A stretch of 64,000 nucleotides of DNA. Origin: Rhynchopus sp. YZ270_cl-10 (Eukaryota). The position numbers and the translations under genes are program-made. This document shows, piece by piece, positions 39,841 through 50,777 of the stretch (within the stretch, counting starts at the first letter, position 1; every line of letters starts with the position of its first letter). Below the pieces are notes generated by a model. The model worked only from the letters and a program-made list of their open reading frames with translations, was not told where the DNA came from and did not search any database. The stretch is from positions 1,488,001 through 1,552,000 of the forward strand of contig OZ037833.1 of assembly GCA_964035575.1 (NCBI GenBank), in the 5' to 3' direction.

Positions 39841-42129
39841 TCCTGTCGACAGACACGTGTTCCCCACAGTTGACTTCTTCATCGCATTCCCATTCTTCGC
39901 GTCAATAAAGAACGCACTCAGTTCTCCGTCAAGTGAGACCGGTCGCTTCTGATAAACAATAGCGTGGACATTGAGGTGGTAGCTGAGAGGGATGTTGTAA
40001 TGCAGAAACCCCGCATCCCACACAGAGAGAAGCATTTTGACACGACCAGCCGCGTCCAGCAGAGACACCGTCGCACCGCCGCTTATCTTCGGTGCCTCGT
40101 ACTGCATGCTGTTGGGGAGCTCTATCGAGGGCGTCCACAAGCCCAGCGTCCGAAACGGCGTTCCGCACGGTGTAGTACGAGACGTCAGTTTGACAGAAGC
40201 GTGCATCCCTGTGTCTGTCTTCTTGAACTCGAGCATATCCCCGGTGCTCTTCTGTAGGATTGCCACGTGCCCCACACAAGCAAGGTCAGGAAGCCCGCGG
40301 TTGCAGTGGTAGTGCCACGTTGTCACACTCACCTCGTCATCTGTGTACGCGTAGTATCCAGAAGCGTCAACACCATGGAAATCGTAAAAGTATCCGTCAA
40401 CGTTCGTGTAATGTGGGTCGCCGTAAATCGATGCATGCCGCCCGCAATCCGTGGTTCCGCTGTACTTAGCCTCACACAAGCACTTCCCGCTTGCATCACA
40501 TTGACCATTACCATGGCATGTGACGTCGTCGGTGCAATGAACAGCACAGTCATGTCCGTAATAATGTGGCAGGCACTTCAGACAGTTTGTGGCATCATCG
40601 AACCCCTGGTCACATTTGCACCTCCCCGTGGTGACATCGCATGTCCCTCGTGAGTGGCACATTGACGGGTTGCAGAAATCACCACAGTCCTTCCCACTCC
40701 AGAAAGTAGAACATTTGCACGACCCATCCCCGAGGCAGACCCCATGGCCGGTGCACGTTGTCGCTGGGTCGCAGAACACAGCACAGTCCTTCCCCATCCA
40801 GTTAGCAGAACATTGATCACAGTTCGCCCCCATCCAGTTAGCAGAACATTTGCACGACCCATCCGCCAGGCATGCCCCATTCCCACTGCAAGTTGTCGCT
40901 GGGTCGCAGAACACAGCACAGTCCTTCCCCATCCAGTTAGCAGAACATTGATCACAGTTCGCCCCCATCCAGCTAGCAGAACATTTGCACGACCCATCCC
41001 CTTGGCAGTCCCCATTCCCGCTGCACGTTGTCGACGGGTTGCAGTAATCACCACAGTTCTTCCCGAACCAGTTAGCAGAACATTTGCACGACCCATCCCC
41101 TTGGCAGTCCCCAAGCCCGGTGCACGTTGTCGACGGGTTGCAGTAAACAGCACAGTTCTTCCCGAACCAGTTAGCAGAACATTTGCACGACCCATCCCCG
41201 AGGCAGACCCCTTTCCCCCCGCACGTTGTCGACGGGTTGCAGGGGACACTGCAATCCTTGCTGTACCAATTTGGATCACACTGGCATGGATCAGTTGCAC
41301 GCGGAACGCAGGTGCCGTGGCCACTGCATGTTGTAGTAGGGTCGCACTCCACGTCGCATGCGGTACCAAGCCAACCGTCGTCGCATTTGCACTTGGACAA
41401 AGCACCTTCACATTTACCGTTCCCGCTGCAGGTAACCGAAGGGCTGCAGTCGCAGGTTGCGCCTTTCCAATCCACCCAATCACCGTTGCATTCGCAAGCA
41501 CCTGGTTCCGCGCATTTCCCTTGGCCGCATTGCGCATCGTCACAAAAAGTCTTACAATAATCACCATAATAATTAGCTTTGCAGATGCAGGGGAGACCAT
41601 TTGGGGTGTTGGGATCGCAATGTCCATTGTTACCACAGAGCGTACCACACGGCTTGTCGCACTTTACCCCAGCCCAACCAGGCGCACACGTGCACTTAAG
41701 CGTGGATGGATCGCATCCCCCATTGCCGCTGCATGTCACTGAAGGGCTACAGTCGCACCTTTTGCCCACCCAATCACCGTCGCAAGCGCAGTTTCCATCC
41801 TGCTTGCAAGTCCCACGGCCCTGGCAGTCTTCATTCCTGCATTCGCAATGCGGGCCAAAAGCACCAGCAACACATTCGCACACGGAAATCGCAGCGTTTT
41901 TGCAGTTTCCTCTATCGTTGCATGTATCAATACGATTGCAGTTACAATCGTCTCCTTTCCATAAGACCGGAGGAGTCTTCTCCATGCCAGGACACCAGCA
42001 CTTTTTACGGCTCCCACCATTAGTGGTGATACATTTCTGCTTGCCATCGCAATCCTTATCTACGGAGCACGTCTCCCCGAGTGACTCAACTGTCCACAGC
42101 ATCGCCAAACCCACAAGGGTGCGCAACAT
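38191..42129 (-). CDS. Secreted EGF/laminin-EGF repeat + VWD-like + 2x LamG-like protein (1312 aa)
   Basis: Signal peptide; many CxGxGxC..CxCxxxWxGxxC repeats; ASIYGDPHYTNVDG..YDFHG (VWD start); two WARIVDFGNG..WTWVAFT LamG units. Confidence 0.9.
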   Translation of the reverse strand: MLRTLVGLAMLWTVESLGETCSVDKDCDGKQKCITTNGGSRKKCWCPGMEKTPPVLWKGDDCNCNRIDTCNDRGNCKNAAISVCECVAGAFGPHCECRNEDCQGRGTCKQDGNCACDGDWVGKRCDCSPSVTCSGNGGCDPSTLKCTCAPGWAGVKCDKPCGTLCGNNGHCDPNTPNGLPCICKANYYGDYCKTFCDDAQCGQGKCAEPGACECNGDWVDWKGATCDCSPSVTCSGNGKCEGALSKCKCDDGWLGTACDVECDPTTTCSGHGTCVPRATDPCQCDPNWYSKDCSVPCNPSTTCGGKGVCLGDGSCKCSANWFGKNCAVYCNPSTTCTGLGDCQGDGSCKCSANWFGKNCGDYCNPSTTCSGNGDCQGDGSCKCSASWMGANCDQCSANWMGKDCAVFCDPATTCSGNGACLADGSCKCSANWMGANCDQCSANWMGKDCAVFCDPATTCTGHGVCLGDGSCKCSTFWSGKDCGDFCNPSMCHSRGTCDVTTGRCKCDQGFDDATNCLKCLPHYYGHDCAVHCTDDVTCHGNGQCDASGKCLCEAKYSGTTDCGRHASIYGDPHYTNVDGYFYDFHGVDASGYYAYTDDEVSVTTWHYHCNRGLPDLACVGHVAILQKSTGDMLEFKKTDTGMHASVKLTSRTTPCGTPFRTLGLWTPSIELPNSMQYEAPKISGGATVSLLDAAGRVKMLLSVWDAGFLHYNIPLSYHLNVHAIVYQKRPVSLDGELSAFFIDAKNGNAMKKSTVGNTCLSTGRSAAVLNTDEATITIPTVAEELRNCPSDAAREHALECCAPGKACGTWYAQCLFEACLHHVPGSDDCADVLDSLMFKEQGSEKSCFCPSETMTPDHVSQTCSLCQPHYYPLPGPGVAAADACATRCTSEDCPEESPYCNSRGECSTAEQMRQREGKHTPALAESAWAYHLPSDKHPCAAGKALGRLVELREVLTPENVGPLTFGDEAIMIEARVRMRSATNWARIVDFGNGAKGSVVFGQRRLSKKLGFETHSFDACSTAQGRRVNSSVALPEDEDVWTWVAFTLTKEGVATMYHNNEPVIQVSGVVLPEFGTRVKNYVRTPKKRRGDGWDGDIEYLTFSTCFVHSPVLPSEWHFNLPKAKHPCVPGEVLGRIVQVDDVPPGGSDVGPLTFGDGAIMIEALVQMRNATKWASIIDFGNGAAKGSVVFGQRSVSKKLSFESHPFETCITQNDTRDVNSRVALPEDEDAWTWVAFTLTKDGVATIYHNNEPVTQVSGVALPEFGTRVKNYVRGSHSSGDDGKWDGAIRHLSVSTCSVPDASVMPIPPVVIPQ

Positions 42130-44003
42130 CGTGTGCCGCTTTCCAAGTACAAGAAAAAAAATGTTGAATCTGTGATGTAAAGGTGTGTGTGTGGTAGGTA
42201 CGAACTAAAAACTCAAAAAACGGTCACTGCACAGTGCCACGAGGCATGATGTCCATTTCAATGTGTTTGGAACACAAGAACTTCTCCTTTGCACTTCTGC
42301 CGCTCCTCCAATACCAACTCCGAATCATGTTCCAACCTTGCGCGTGTCAAGTGCCCCTTAGGCTAGAGTGGTGCTAAAGCGTGAGACAAGAAGGAGCTGT
42401 GTCTCTCTGGAATGTGTGGTTGGGCGGTTGATGCCTAGTGAGGGTACTTCTTGCGCAGAATATGGCCATTTGTGGTTGAGTGGGGGCGTAGGGAAGTAGC
42501 TAACAAAGTATCCAGTTCTTTTGTCGTTTGTCACACATTCAAACATTATAGGGGAAGTTTGAATCAATGGGCAATGAACGAAAAATGTGAGTTTCGAACA
42601 AGACACACCTCCCGCCCTTCAAGCAACGCAAGAGAGCACGCTAAGTGAGACTTAGGGGGCGCCTTGCTCAACTGAAGGGGGCATCCCGTCCTGCTTGCAT
42701 CATGCTCAAAAAATAACAATAAAAAGCACTAGGATGGTACCGAAGTGCGCGAAGGGACATGAGTGGAACACCCATGTCCCGATTTCAATACTTTTCCTTC
42801 CTTCACCCTGTGACCTACAGGGGTGAAGGATTGTGTGGGAAATTGTGCTGGGGAATGGGACTGAGGGTGAACAACAAAAAATAAGAAAGGAGCGATAGTG
42901 GCTGGTCGTGTGCAATGCAAACTAACGGCTGTTGATATGACACTATTGAGTGATTGACACAGACGCGAGACACTTCCCTACTTTACAGTAATAAAAATAT
43001 ACAAAAAGGGTGCTCCTGAAATAAAAAATATCAAGTACGTAACAAGTACGCAATATAGGGTATTCCTGTATTTTTTTCGTGCACAAAGTGCGCAACAAGT
43101 ACGCAAAATGGGGTTATCAGGAGCACCAAAAAAGTGGGGGGAAAGAAGGGGGGGAAAAAAAACAATGATAGGATCTGTTCGCGAAGTACCTCTGCACTCT
43201 TCTTTCTAACTGAGAAATCTGAGACATTAGTAACTCTCCGAGAACTGATAACCAAGCACCACAGTGAGTGGCGCATGTAGAGAGAAGGGAAACGAACACA
43301 AGTAAGGGGTGGCACACTTGCATGAGTAATAATAGGGAAACAAGGGTTGAGATATCATGAAAGGCAGTTGAGGCAGTTGCAATGGAGGGGTGACACGCAT
43401 GCCATCTGTGGTGGTAGGAGTCCCCGACAGAGAGAGAGAGAGAGAGAGAGAGAGCACCTGCATTCTCCTCGGCTTCACCACCACCACGATGCGGGTGTCG
43501 TCCACCACCGCAAGCCCGTCCGCCACAACAAAAGAAATAAGAAATAAGAAAGGAGCGATAGTGGCTGGTCGTGGGCGCTCGTGTGCAATGCAAACTACGG
43601 CTGTAGATGTGGCACTATTGAGTGATTGACACAGACGCGAGACACTTCCCTACTTTACAAAGTAATAAAATATACAAAAAGTGAAACGGGAAAAACAAGG
43701 GGGGGGGGAAAAAGGCAACAATGATAGGATCTGTTCGCGAAGTACCTCTGCACTCTTCTTTCTAACTGAGAAATCTGAGACATTAGTAACTCTCCGTGAA
43801 CTGATAACCAAGCACCACAGTGAGTGGCGCATGTAGAGAGAGGGGAAACGTTTTGTTTTGTTTTTTTTTCTCTTCCAAAATTTAGTCGAAATTAGATATT
43901 CGTGGTGTGGGCGCAACGTGACGCAACGTGGGTCCGGATGGGGTTGAAAAAGCGGTACATTATAATCAGACTAAAAAAAAATGAAATTTAAAAAAAAAAC
44001 ATA

Positions 44004-45034
44004 CCGTAATCGTAATCGTAAGAATTCTGGGGCGTAAAATTTTTTGGACGTAAATATTCTGGGACGTAACAAAACTGGGACATTTTGGACTTTTTTAAAC
44101 TTGGGACATTTTTACGTCCCAGAATATGCATCCCAGAATTGTCTGTGTGACCTTCCCCCCTCCCTCATCCATGCACTTCGGTGCAAACCCAGACATGTCC
44201 AAGGCTCTCGGGGGGGGTGATTTTGCCCAAAAATCCCCAAAAAAAAAAAAAAAAAACGGATTTTGGGGGGGGTGATGTTTTAGGAAAATCACCCCCCAAA
44301 AAAAAAAAAAAGTTGGGAAATCCGGATTTTTTTTTGGGGGGTCTTTCTACTAGAGCTCCGTTGTTCACACAGCAGTGAACAAAGTGACCGTCACAGCCAG
44401 AACGCGACTCAATTGGTCAAACGCCGAAGGAAAAAGGAAGCATACAGCATGGCGAAAGAAAAAAGTAGCGTACCGTGCGCCTGCGGCGCAAGCTTACAAC
44501 CATCCTTCCCTTTGACATAGTTTGGCTGTAATAATGTGCAATTTTAAGCGCATGTTGCGTACCGTGGCTTCGCCAGAAACTTTCGTTTAGCAAAATATGG
44601 AAGTAAAATTCATGCAAACTGACGATAATTACCAACGACAGTGCCATTTTATGTCAACATTTTATAGAAATGTTGCGTACCGTGGCTTCGCCCGGAACCT
44701 TTCGGGTGCCATGACCGCTGTTTCTTTCCCACGTCCCTCCCTTTGCACATAGTGTGGGGAAATTTTTTTGACCCCAAATCACCCCCTTTTTGGGTTTTGG
44801 GGGTGATCTCCGAGAGCCCTGAACATGTCCAACAAACAAAAAAAAAAAAAATACATACTTGGGCCGGCTATGATCCCTCCGCCAACCAGCCGCACCCCAC
44901 CACCCACACCCCCAAAAATTGACAAGTACCCGGAAAACCGCCCGAACAATTCTGGGACGTAACAAAACTGGGACAATTGGGGGAAAATCTGAAACTTGGG
45001 ACATTTTTACGCCCCAGAATTTTTACGATTACGG
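44004..45034. mobile_element. Non-autonomous Tc1/mariner-type MITE, TA TSD, TIR CCGTAATCGTAA..AATTCTGGGGCGTAAAA
   Basis: TA at 44002-44003 and 45035-45036; absent from the paralogous site near 33920. Confidence 0.85.
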
Positions 45035-45971
45035 TAATAATGCAGTGCGATCAATAACTAATCTTCTAGAGAATTATTATATTCCCGACGAAAATAAGGC
45101 GCATCACAGATATATATGAGGGGAAAAAATAAGGTACCTGAGGGGCAACGGTTGCACAAACTCGCTTGTTGCGTTGCCTGAGGCACAGCAGAAAAAAAGA
45201 GACAGAGGTATTGAAGATTGAATACAACATCTTGCAATAAAACAAGGGGGAAGGGGAGGGGAGCACACGAAAATTTGTAATACACAAGAGGAATTCTGAC
45301 CATGTTCATTCTGAGATTGCAAACACAGCACAATAGGTTTGTGACCCAATCTAGAAAATTGTGTGGCAGACTGAGCACGCAAAAAGGTGGTGGAGCGGAA
45401 GCTGGGTAGAAAAAAAAAGGAGGGACATTTGAAGATCCCCATAAATGGAAAGGTTGAAAATCAAGGATAAATTAGGCAGCTTTTGGGGTGACAGCCTAAA
45501 AAACCAAGATGTCTTTTACCTTTTTGGCGAAGGAATTCTGCACTTTTTGACCACAGCATGTTGTCAGTTTTCAGGCAATAAGAAAGAAGGCAAAGGCAAT
45601 TGTGCTGTCCAAAACGCCACACTTAGAGTCTACAAATAATAGGCCTACACAATCCTTTAGAAAAATGTTTTGGAAATAACTACACATCTGTGGAACAAAC
45701 AGCGTGTCGCACACTGCATTGACCACAAACAAGTTGTAATAGAAATGTGTGGTGGCAAGCTCAAGCCTGGCACCACACTCCTTTCCATGATATTTTTTAC
45801 CAAAGAAGAGAAAGCACAACAATTGAAGAAAAAATATGGTAAAATGTTACTTCGGGGGCCGCCCATGGTGGGGGTGGCTGCAGTAAATAATAACGCAAGA
45901 TAAAATATTTGTGGCACGCTTTGCTTCCGTTCTGAATTCTGCCAGCAGACTTCAGGCATCTCTCATCACCC

Positions 45972-48900
45972 TCACTGTGGAATAACGACAGGCGGAATGG
46001 GCATAACAGATGCATCAGGCACAGAACACGTGCTCACACTCAGATGACGGATCGCACCGTCCCACTTACCATCATCCCCTGACGAGTGGCTCCCCCGCAC
46101 GTAGTTCTTCACGCGAGTACCAAACTCAGGCAGCGCCACCCCACTCACCTGCGTCACCGGTTCGTTGTTGTGGTAGATCGTCGCCACTCCGTCCTTTGTC
46201 AACGTGAACGCCACCCACGTCCATGCGTCCTCATCTTCAGGCAGTGCGACGCGCGAGTTTACATCCCGCGTGTCGTTCTGTGTGATGCACGTCTCAAACG
46301 GGTGCGACTCAAAGCTCAGCTTCTTCGAGACGCTTCTCTGCCCGAACACGACGCTCCCCTTCGCAGCACCGTTCCCAAAGTCGATGATGCTGGCCCACTT
46401 CGTTGCATTCCGCATCTGCACAAGTGCCTCAATCATGATGGCTCCGTCACCAAACGTCAGCGGGCCAACATCGCTGCCCCCTGGAGGCACGTCATCGACC
46501 TGCACGATCCGCCCCAGCACCTCCCCAGGCACACACGGGTGCTTCGCTTTCGGGAGGTTGAAGTGCCACTCAGAGGGGAGCACAGGCGAGTGCACGAAGC
46601 AGGTGCTGAAGGTAAGGTACTCGATGTCTCCGTCCCAGCCATCTCCCCTTCTCTTCTTCGGTGTCCTCACGTAGTTCTTCACACGTGTACCAAACTCAGG
46701 CAACACCACCCCACTCACCTGGATCACCGGTTCGTTGTTGTGGTACATTGTCGCCACCCCTTCCTTAGTCAGTGTGAACGCCACCCACGTCCACACGTCC
46801 TCGTCCTCAGGCAATGCGACAGATGAGTTCACCCGCCTCCCCTGTGCTGTGCTGCACGCATCGAAGGAATGTGTCTCAAAGCCCAGCTTCTTCGACAGCC
46901 TTCTCTGCCCGAACACGACGCTCCCCTTTGCACCGTTCCCAAAGTCGACGATACGTGCCCAATTCGTTGCACTCCGCATCCGCACACGTGCCTCAATCAT
47001 GATGGCTTCGTCGCCAAACGTCAGCGGGCCAACGTTCTCAGGTGTCAGCACCTCACGCAACTCTACAAGCCTGCCAAGTGCCTTCCCAGCTGCACAGGGG
47101 TGCTTGTCTGACGGGAGGTGGTACGCCCACGCGGACTCTGCAAGGGCCGGTGTGTGTTTCCCCTCACGCTGACGCATCTGCTCTGCCGTCGAGCACTCAC
47201 CCCGGCTGTTGCAGTAGGGGCTCTCTTCAGGACAGTCCTCTGACGTGCATCGGGTCGCGCACGCATCTGCAGCCGCTACGCCCGGCCCAGGAAGTGGGTA
47301 GTAGTGTGGCTGGCAGAGGCTGCACGTCTGCGACACGTGGTCAGGTGTCATCGTCTCGCTCGGGCAGAAGCAGGACTTCTCGCTCCCCTGCTCCTTGAAC
47401 ATGAGCGAGTCAAGCACATCGGCGCAGTCATCACTCCCAGGCACGTGGTGCAAACACGCCTCAAACAGGCACTGCGCATACCACGTACCACATGCCTTCC
47501 CTGGAGCGCAGCACTCAAGGGCATGTTCCCTTGCAGCATCCGAAGGGCAGTTTCTCAGCTCCTCTGCCACCGTGGGAACGGTGGTTGTTGCCTCATCAGT
47601 ATTCAACACAGCTGCAGAACGTCCTGTCAGACACGTGTTTGTCACAGTTGACTTCTTCATCGCATTCCCATTCTTCGCGTCAAGAAAGAACGCACCCCGG
47701 TCTCCGTCAAGTGGTCCCTTCTCATAAACAACAGCTTTGACCTGGAGAGCGTAGCTGAGAGGGATATTGTTCTCGGCGAGACCCGCATCCCGCAGAGAGA
47801 GAAACATTTTGACACGTCCAGCCGCGTCCAGCAGAGACACCGACACACCGTCAGCATACCCAATCGGTGCCTCGTACTGCATGCTGTTGGGGAGCTCTAT
47901 CGAGGGCGTCCACGAGGCCAGCGTCATAAACGGCTTTTGGCACGGTGTAGTACGAGACGTCAGTTTGACAGAAGTCTGCATCCCTGTGTCTGTCCTCTTG
48001 AACTCGAGCATATCCCCGTTGCTCTTCTGTAGGATGGCCACGTGCCCCACACAACTCATGGTGGGACGCGCTTCGTCGCAGTAGTAGTTCCACGTTGTCA
48101 CACTCACCTCGTCATCTGTGTACGCGTAGTATCCAGAAGGGTCAACACCATGGAAATCGTAATTTCCGCCGTCAACGTTCGTGTAATGTGGGTCGCCGTA
48201 AATCGATGCATGCCGCCCGCAACCCGTGTTCAGGATGTACGCATACGTTTTATCACAAACGCACTTCCCGCTTGCATCACATTGACCATTGCCACGGCAT
48301 GTGACGTCGTCGGTGCAATGAACAGCACAGTCATGTCCGTAATAATGTGGCAGGCACTTCTGACAGTTTGTGGCATCATCGAACCCCTGGTCACATTTGC
48401 ACCTCCCCGTGGTGGAATCGCATGTCCCTCGTGAGTTGCACGTTGACGGGTTGCAGAAATCACCACAGTTCTTCCCGAACCAGTTAGCATAACATTTGCA
48501 CGACCCATCTCCTTGGCAGTCCCCATGCCCGGTGCACGTTTTTGACGGGGTGCAGGGAACAGCACAGTCCTTCCCGAACCAGTTAGCAGAACATTTGCAC
48601 GACCCATCCCCGAGGCAGGCCCCGTTGCCGCTGCATGTCACTGAAGGGCTACAGTCGCACCTTTTGCCCACCCAATCGCCGTCGCAAGCGCAGTTTCCAT
48701 CCTGCTTGCAAGTCCCACGGCCCTGGCAGTCGACATTCCTGCATTCGCAATGCGGACCAAAAGCACCAGCATCACATTTGCACTCGGAAATCGCAGCGTT
48801 TTTACAGTTTCCATTCGAGTTGCATGTAGCATCACGATTGCAGTTACAATCGTCTCCTTTCCATAAGACCGGAGGAGTCCTATCCATGCCAGGACACCAG

Positions 48901-49040
48901 CACCTTTTATTGTCCCCACCTGGTTTCCTGTCATAACATGTCAGCTTGCCCTTGCAGTACGAATCGTCCTTGCACGACTTCCGCCCGACCTGAGACTGAA
49001 CTGTCCACAGCATTGTCAAACCCACAAGGGTGCGCAACAT
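45972..49040 (-). CDS. Paralogous secreted EGF + VWD-like + 2x LamG-like protein (1022 aa)
   Basis: Same architecture with fewer EGF repeats; C-terminal half identical to the 38191-42129 gene. Confidence 0.9.
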   Translation of the reverse strand: MLRTLVGLTMLWTVQSQVGRKSCKDDSYCKGKLTCYDRKPGGDNKRCWCPGMDRTPPVLWKGDDCNCNRDATCNSNGNCKNAAISECKCDAGAFGPHCECRNVDCQGRGTCKQDGNCACDGDWVGKRCDCSPSVTCSGNGACLGDGSCKCSANWFGKDCAVPCTPSKTCTGHGDCQGDGSCKCYANWFGKNCGDFCNPSTCNSRGTCDSTTGRCKCDQGFDDATNCQKCLPHYYGHDCAVHCTDDVTCRGNGQCDASGKCVCDKTYAYILNTGCGRHASIYGDPHYTNVDGGNYDFHGVDPSGYYAYTDDEVSVTTWNYYCDEARPTMSCVGHVAILQKSNGDMLEFKRTDTGMQTSVKLTSRTTPCQKPFMTLASWTPSIELPNSMQYEAPIGYADGVSVSLLDAAGRVKMFLSLRDAGLAENNIPLSYALQVKAVVYEKGPLDGDRGAFFLDAKNGNAMKKSTVTNTCLTGRSAAVLNTDEATTTVPTVAEELRNCPSDAAREHALECCAPGKACGTWYAQCLFEACLHHVPGSDDCADVLDSLMFKEQGSEKSCFCPSETMTPDHVSQTCSLCQPHYYPLPGPGVAAADACATRCTSEDCPEESPYCNSRGECSTAEQMRQREGKHTPALAESAWAYHLPSDKHPCAAGKALGRLVELREVLTPENVGPLTFGDEAIMIEARVRMRSATNWARIVDFGNGAKGSVVFGQRRLSKKLGFETHSFDACSTAQGRRVNSSVALPEDEDVWTWVAFTLTKEGVATMYHNNEPVIQVSGVVLPEFGTRVKNYVRTPKKRRGDGWDGDIEYLTFSTCFVHSPVLPSEWHFNLPKAKHPCVPGEVLGRIVQVDDVPPGGSDVGPLTFGDGAIMIEALVQMRNATKWASIIDFGNGAAKGSVVFGQRSVSKKLSFESHPFETCITQNDTRDVNSRVALPEDEDAWTWVAFTLTKDGVATIYHNNEPVTQVSGVALPEFGTRVKNYVRGSHSSGDDGKWDGAIRHLSVSTCSVPDASVMPIPPVVIPQ

Positions 49041-49236
49041 CGTGTGCCGCTTTCCAAATGCGAGAAAAAATGTGTTGGATCTGTGATGTAAAGGTGTGTG
49101 TGTGGTGAAATATGTGGGTTACAGGACAGGGGAAACGGACGGACTTCTCGTGTACGTTATTATGGTTTACGTTGTAGACAAAATAATTTTATGAAAAGGA
49201 GAAAGGAAAGAGAGAAGGGCAAACGGCAAAGGTGTA

Positions 49237-50613
49237 TTAGTTGCCATTCTTCACGTCGCGGTGGATCTGCTGTGCGGCGTTGCGCCCTCCTGTCACTGCG
49301 CACTCCATTGCTACGGCCATGGACTCCAAAGCATTAGGGTAATATATGCGATCGTGCAGCTTGGTGGGCTGGTAGTCGGCCTCGGGGTCGAGCATGGGGA
49401 AGGTGTACGGCCAGTGGTGCGTGATGTTCCACGCTATGTTCACAAAGCGTTCCTCAAGATCGTCAAGCTCGTAGTTGGCAAAGAAGCGGAACACTTTCTG
49501 TGTAGGGTTCAAGTCGTACTCCGTCGCAAGCTTCACAAACCTGGCTGTCGACCCCTCAGGTGTCAGAATCAAATCAGGGATCGTCGAGTTGGTTCGCCCT
49601 ATGAAGGCAGGGTTGATGGCATCTGCGACAACCCAAATGACGTACCAGTGGACGTATGTGCGCATCTTCATCTTTGGAAGAGTGATGTTCGTCCACTTCA
49701 TAGGCGTGAGCACACCGTGGTCGTGGAAGACGCCCACCTGTTCAATAGGTGCAGTGACAACGATCCTGTCGTACGGCAGCTTCGTCCCGTTCACGGTAAT
49801 CAGAAGCTGCTCGCCTGCCATTTCGACCTCCGTCACACCACTGTTCACGTCGAATGCTGCGCCAGACGCGTTGAGGATTGCTTTGACCATGGCGTCGTTG
49901 CCGCCAGCAGCGCTGTACTCGGGAGTGGTGGCAGACAGCATCACGGCCATGCCTGCGAACCCGTTGAGGGACGTCGTCTGGTCGTAGATGTCGCGCGAAA
50001 GGGCTTCGACGAACTGTGTCACAAACTGTATGTCCACGCCGTTCTCTGTCAACAGGGCCCTCGTGGTAACGCTGCTGAACTTGTCAAGGCCCCCCTCCTT
50101 GGCGTACTGGTCGATTGTATCATACGGCTCCGCCTCGAGAGATCCCCGCGACACGTAGTGCAGGTCCAGTGCAAGCTTGATGCGCTCAATCTGCACCCCA
50201 AGCGCGATTTTGTCCCTGTTGTACTTAGGGTCGACGGAGGTGTTGGTAGGGAGCGGCGCCCACCCCCTTCCCGGGCCTAAGTACAGCTCTGATGTGTTGT
50301 AGTCCCTGTCAGGGAAAGTGGGCTCCTCAATCTTAAGCTCTTTCATTAACTCCATCATGTAGGTGTTGACGGAAGACCACGCATCCCCACCGACATTGAC
50401 CACAAGGGAACTGTTTGGAACGTCGGCATGAAACACACGTCCCCCGATGCGGTCCCTCGACTCGTAAAGGTGGACATCGTAACACTTCGGGCAGAGCTTC
50501 TCAAGGTAGTACGCTGCACTGGCGCCGGTGAAGCCCCCTCCAATTATGGCAACAGACTCCGACGTCACGGTTGGAAACCCAAGTGCGACAAGCGCAATGC
50601 AAGTCCGCAACAT
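49237..50613 (-). CDS. PCYOX1: Prenylcysteine oxidase/lyase-like flavoprotein
   Basis: Signal peptide; VAIIGGGFTGASAAYYL..E..DRIGGR FAD motif; C-terminal IYYPNALESMAVAMECAVTGGRNAA. Confidence 0.85.
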   Translation of the reverse strand: MLRTCIALVALGFPTVTSESVAIIGGGFTGASAAYYLEKLCPKCYDVHLYESRDRIGGRVFHADVPNSSLVVNVGGDAWSSVNTYMMELMKELKIEEPTFPDRDYNTSELYLGPGRGWAPLPTNTSVDPKYNRDKIALGVQIERIKLALDLHYVSRGSLEAEPYDTIDQYAKEGGLDKFSSVTTRALLTENGVDIQFVTQFVEALSRDIYDQTTSLNGFAGMAVMLSATTPEYSAAGGNDAMVKAILNASGAAFDVNSGVTEVEMAGEQLLITVNGTKLPYDRIVVTAPIEQVGVFHDHGVLTPMKWTNITLPKMKMRTYVHWYVIWVVADAINPAFIGRTNSTIPDLILTPEGSTARFVKLATEYDLNPTQKVFRFFANYELDDLEERFVNIAWNITHHWPYTFPMLDPEADYQPTKLHDRIYYPNALESMAVAMECAVTGGRNAAQQIHRDVKNGN

Positions 50614-50777
50614 TTTTTTTCAAATTTTATGAATTACCTGTCTCATGTTGGTTCGCAGACTCGTGATAAGAAAAAACAGGGGGAGGGGAACGCTATGTTA
50701 GTTTGTATCCATGAGCTATCAGTGTCGGTGGTGGTTATCACAGTTGACAGAAGTCAACGTGACACAAAATGTACAGT

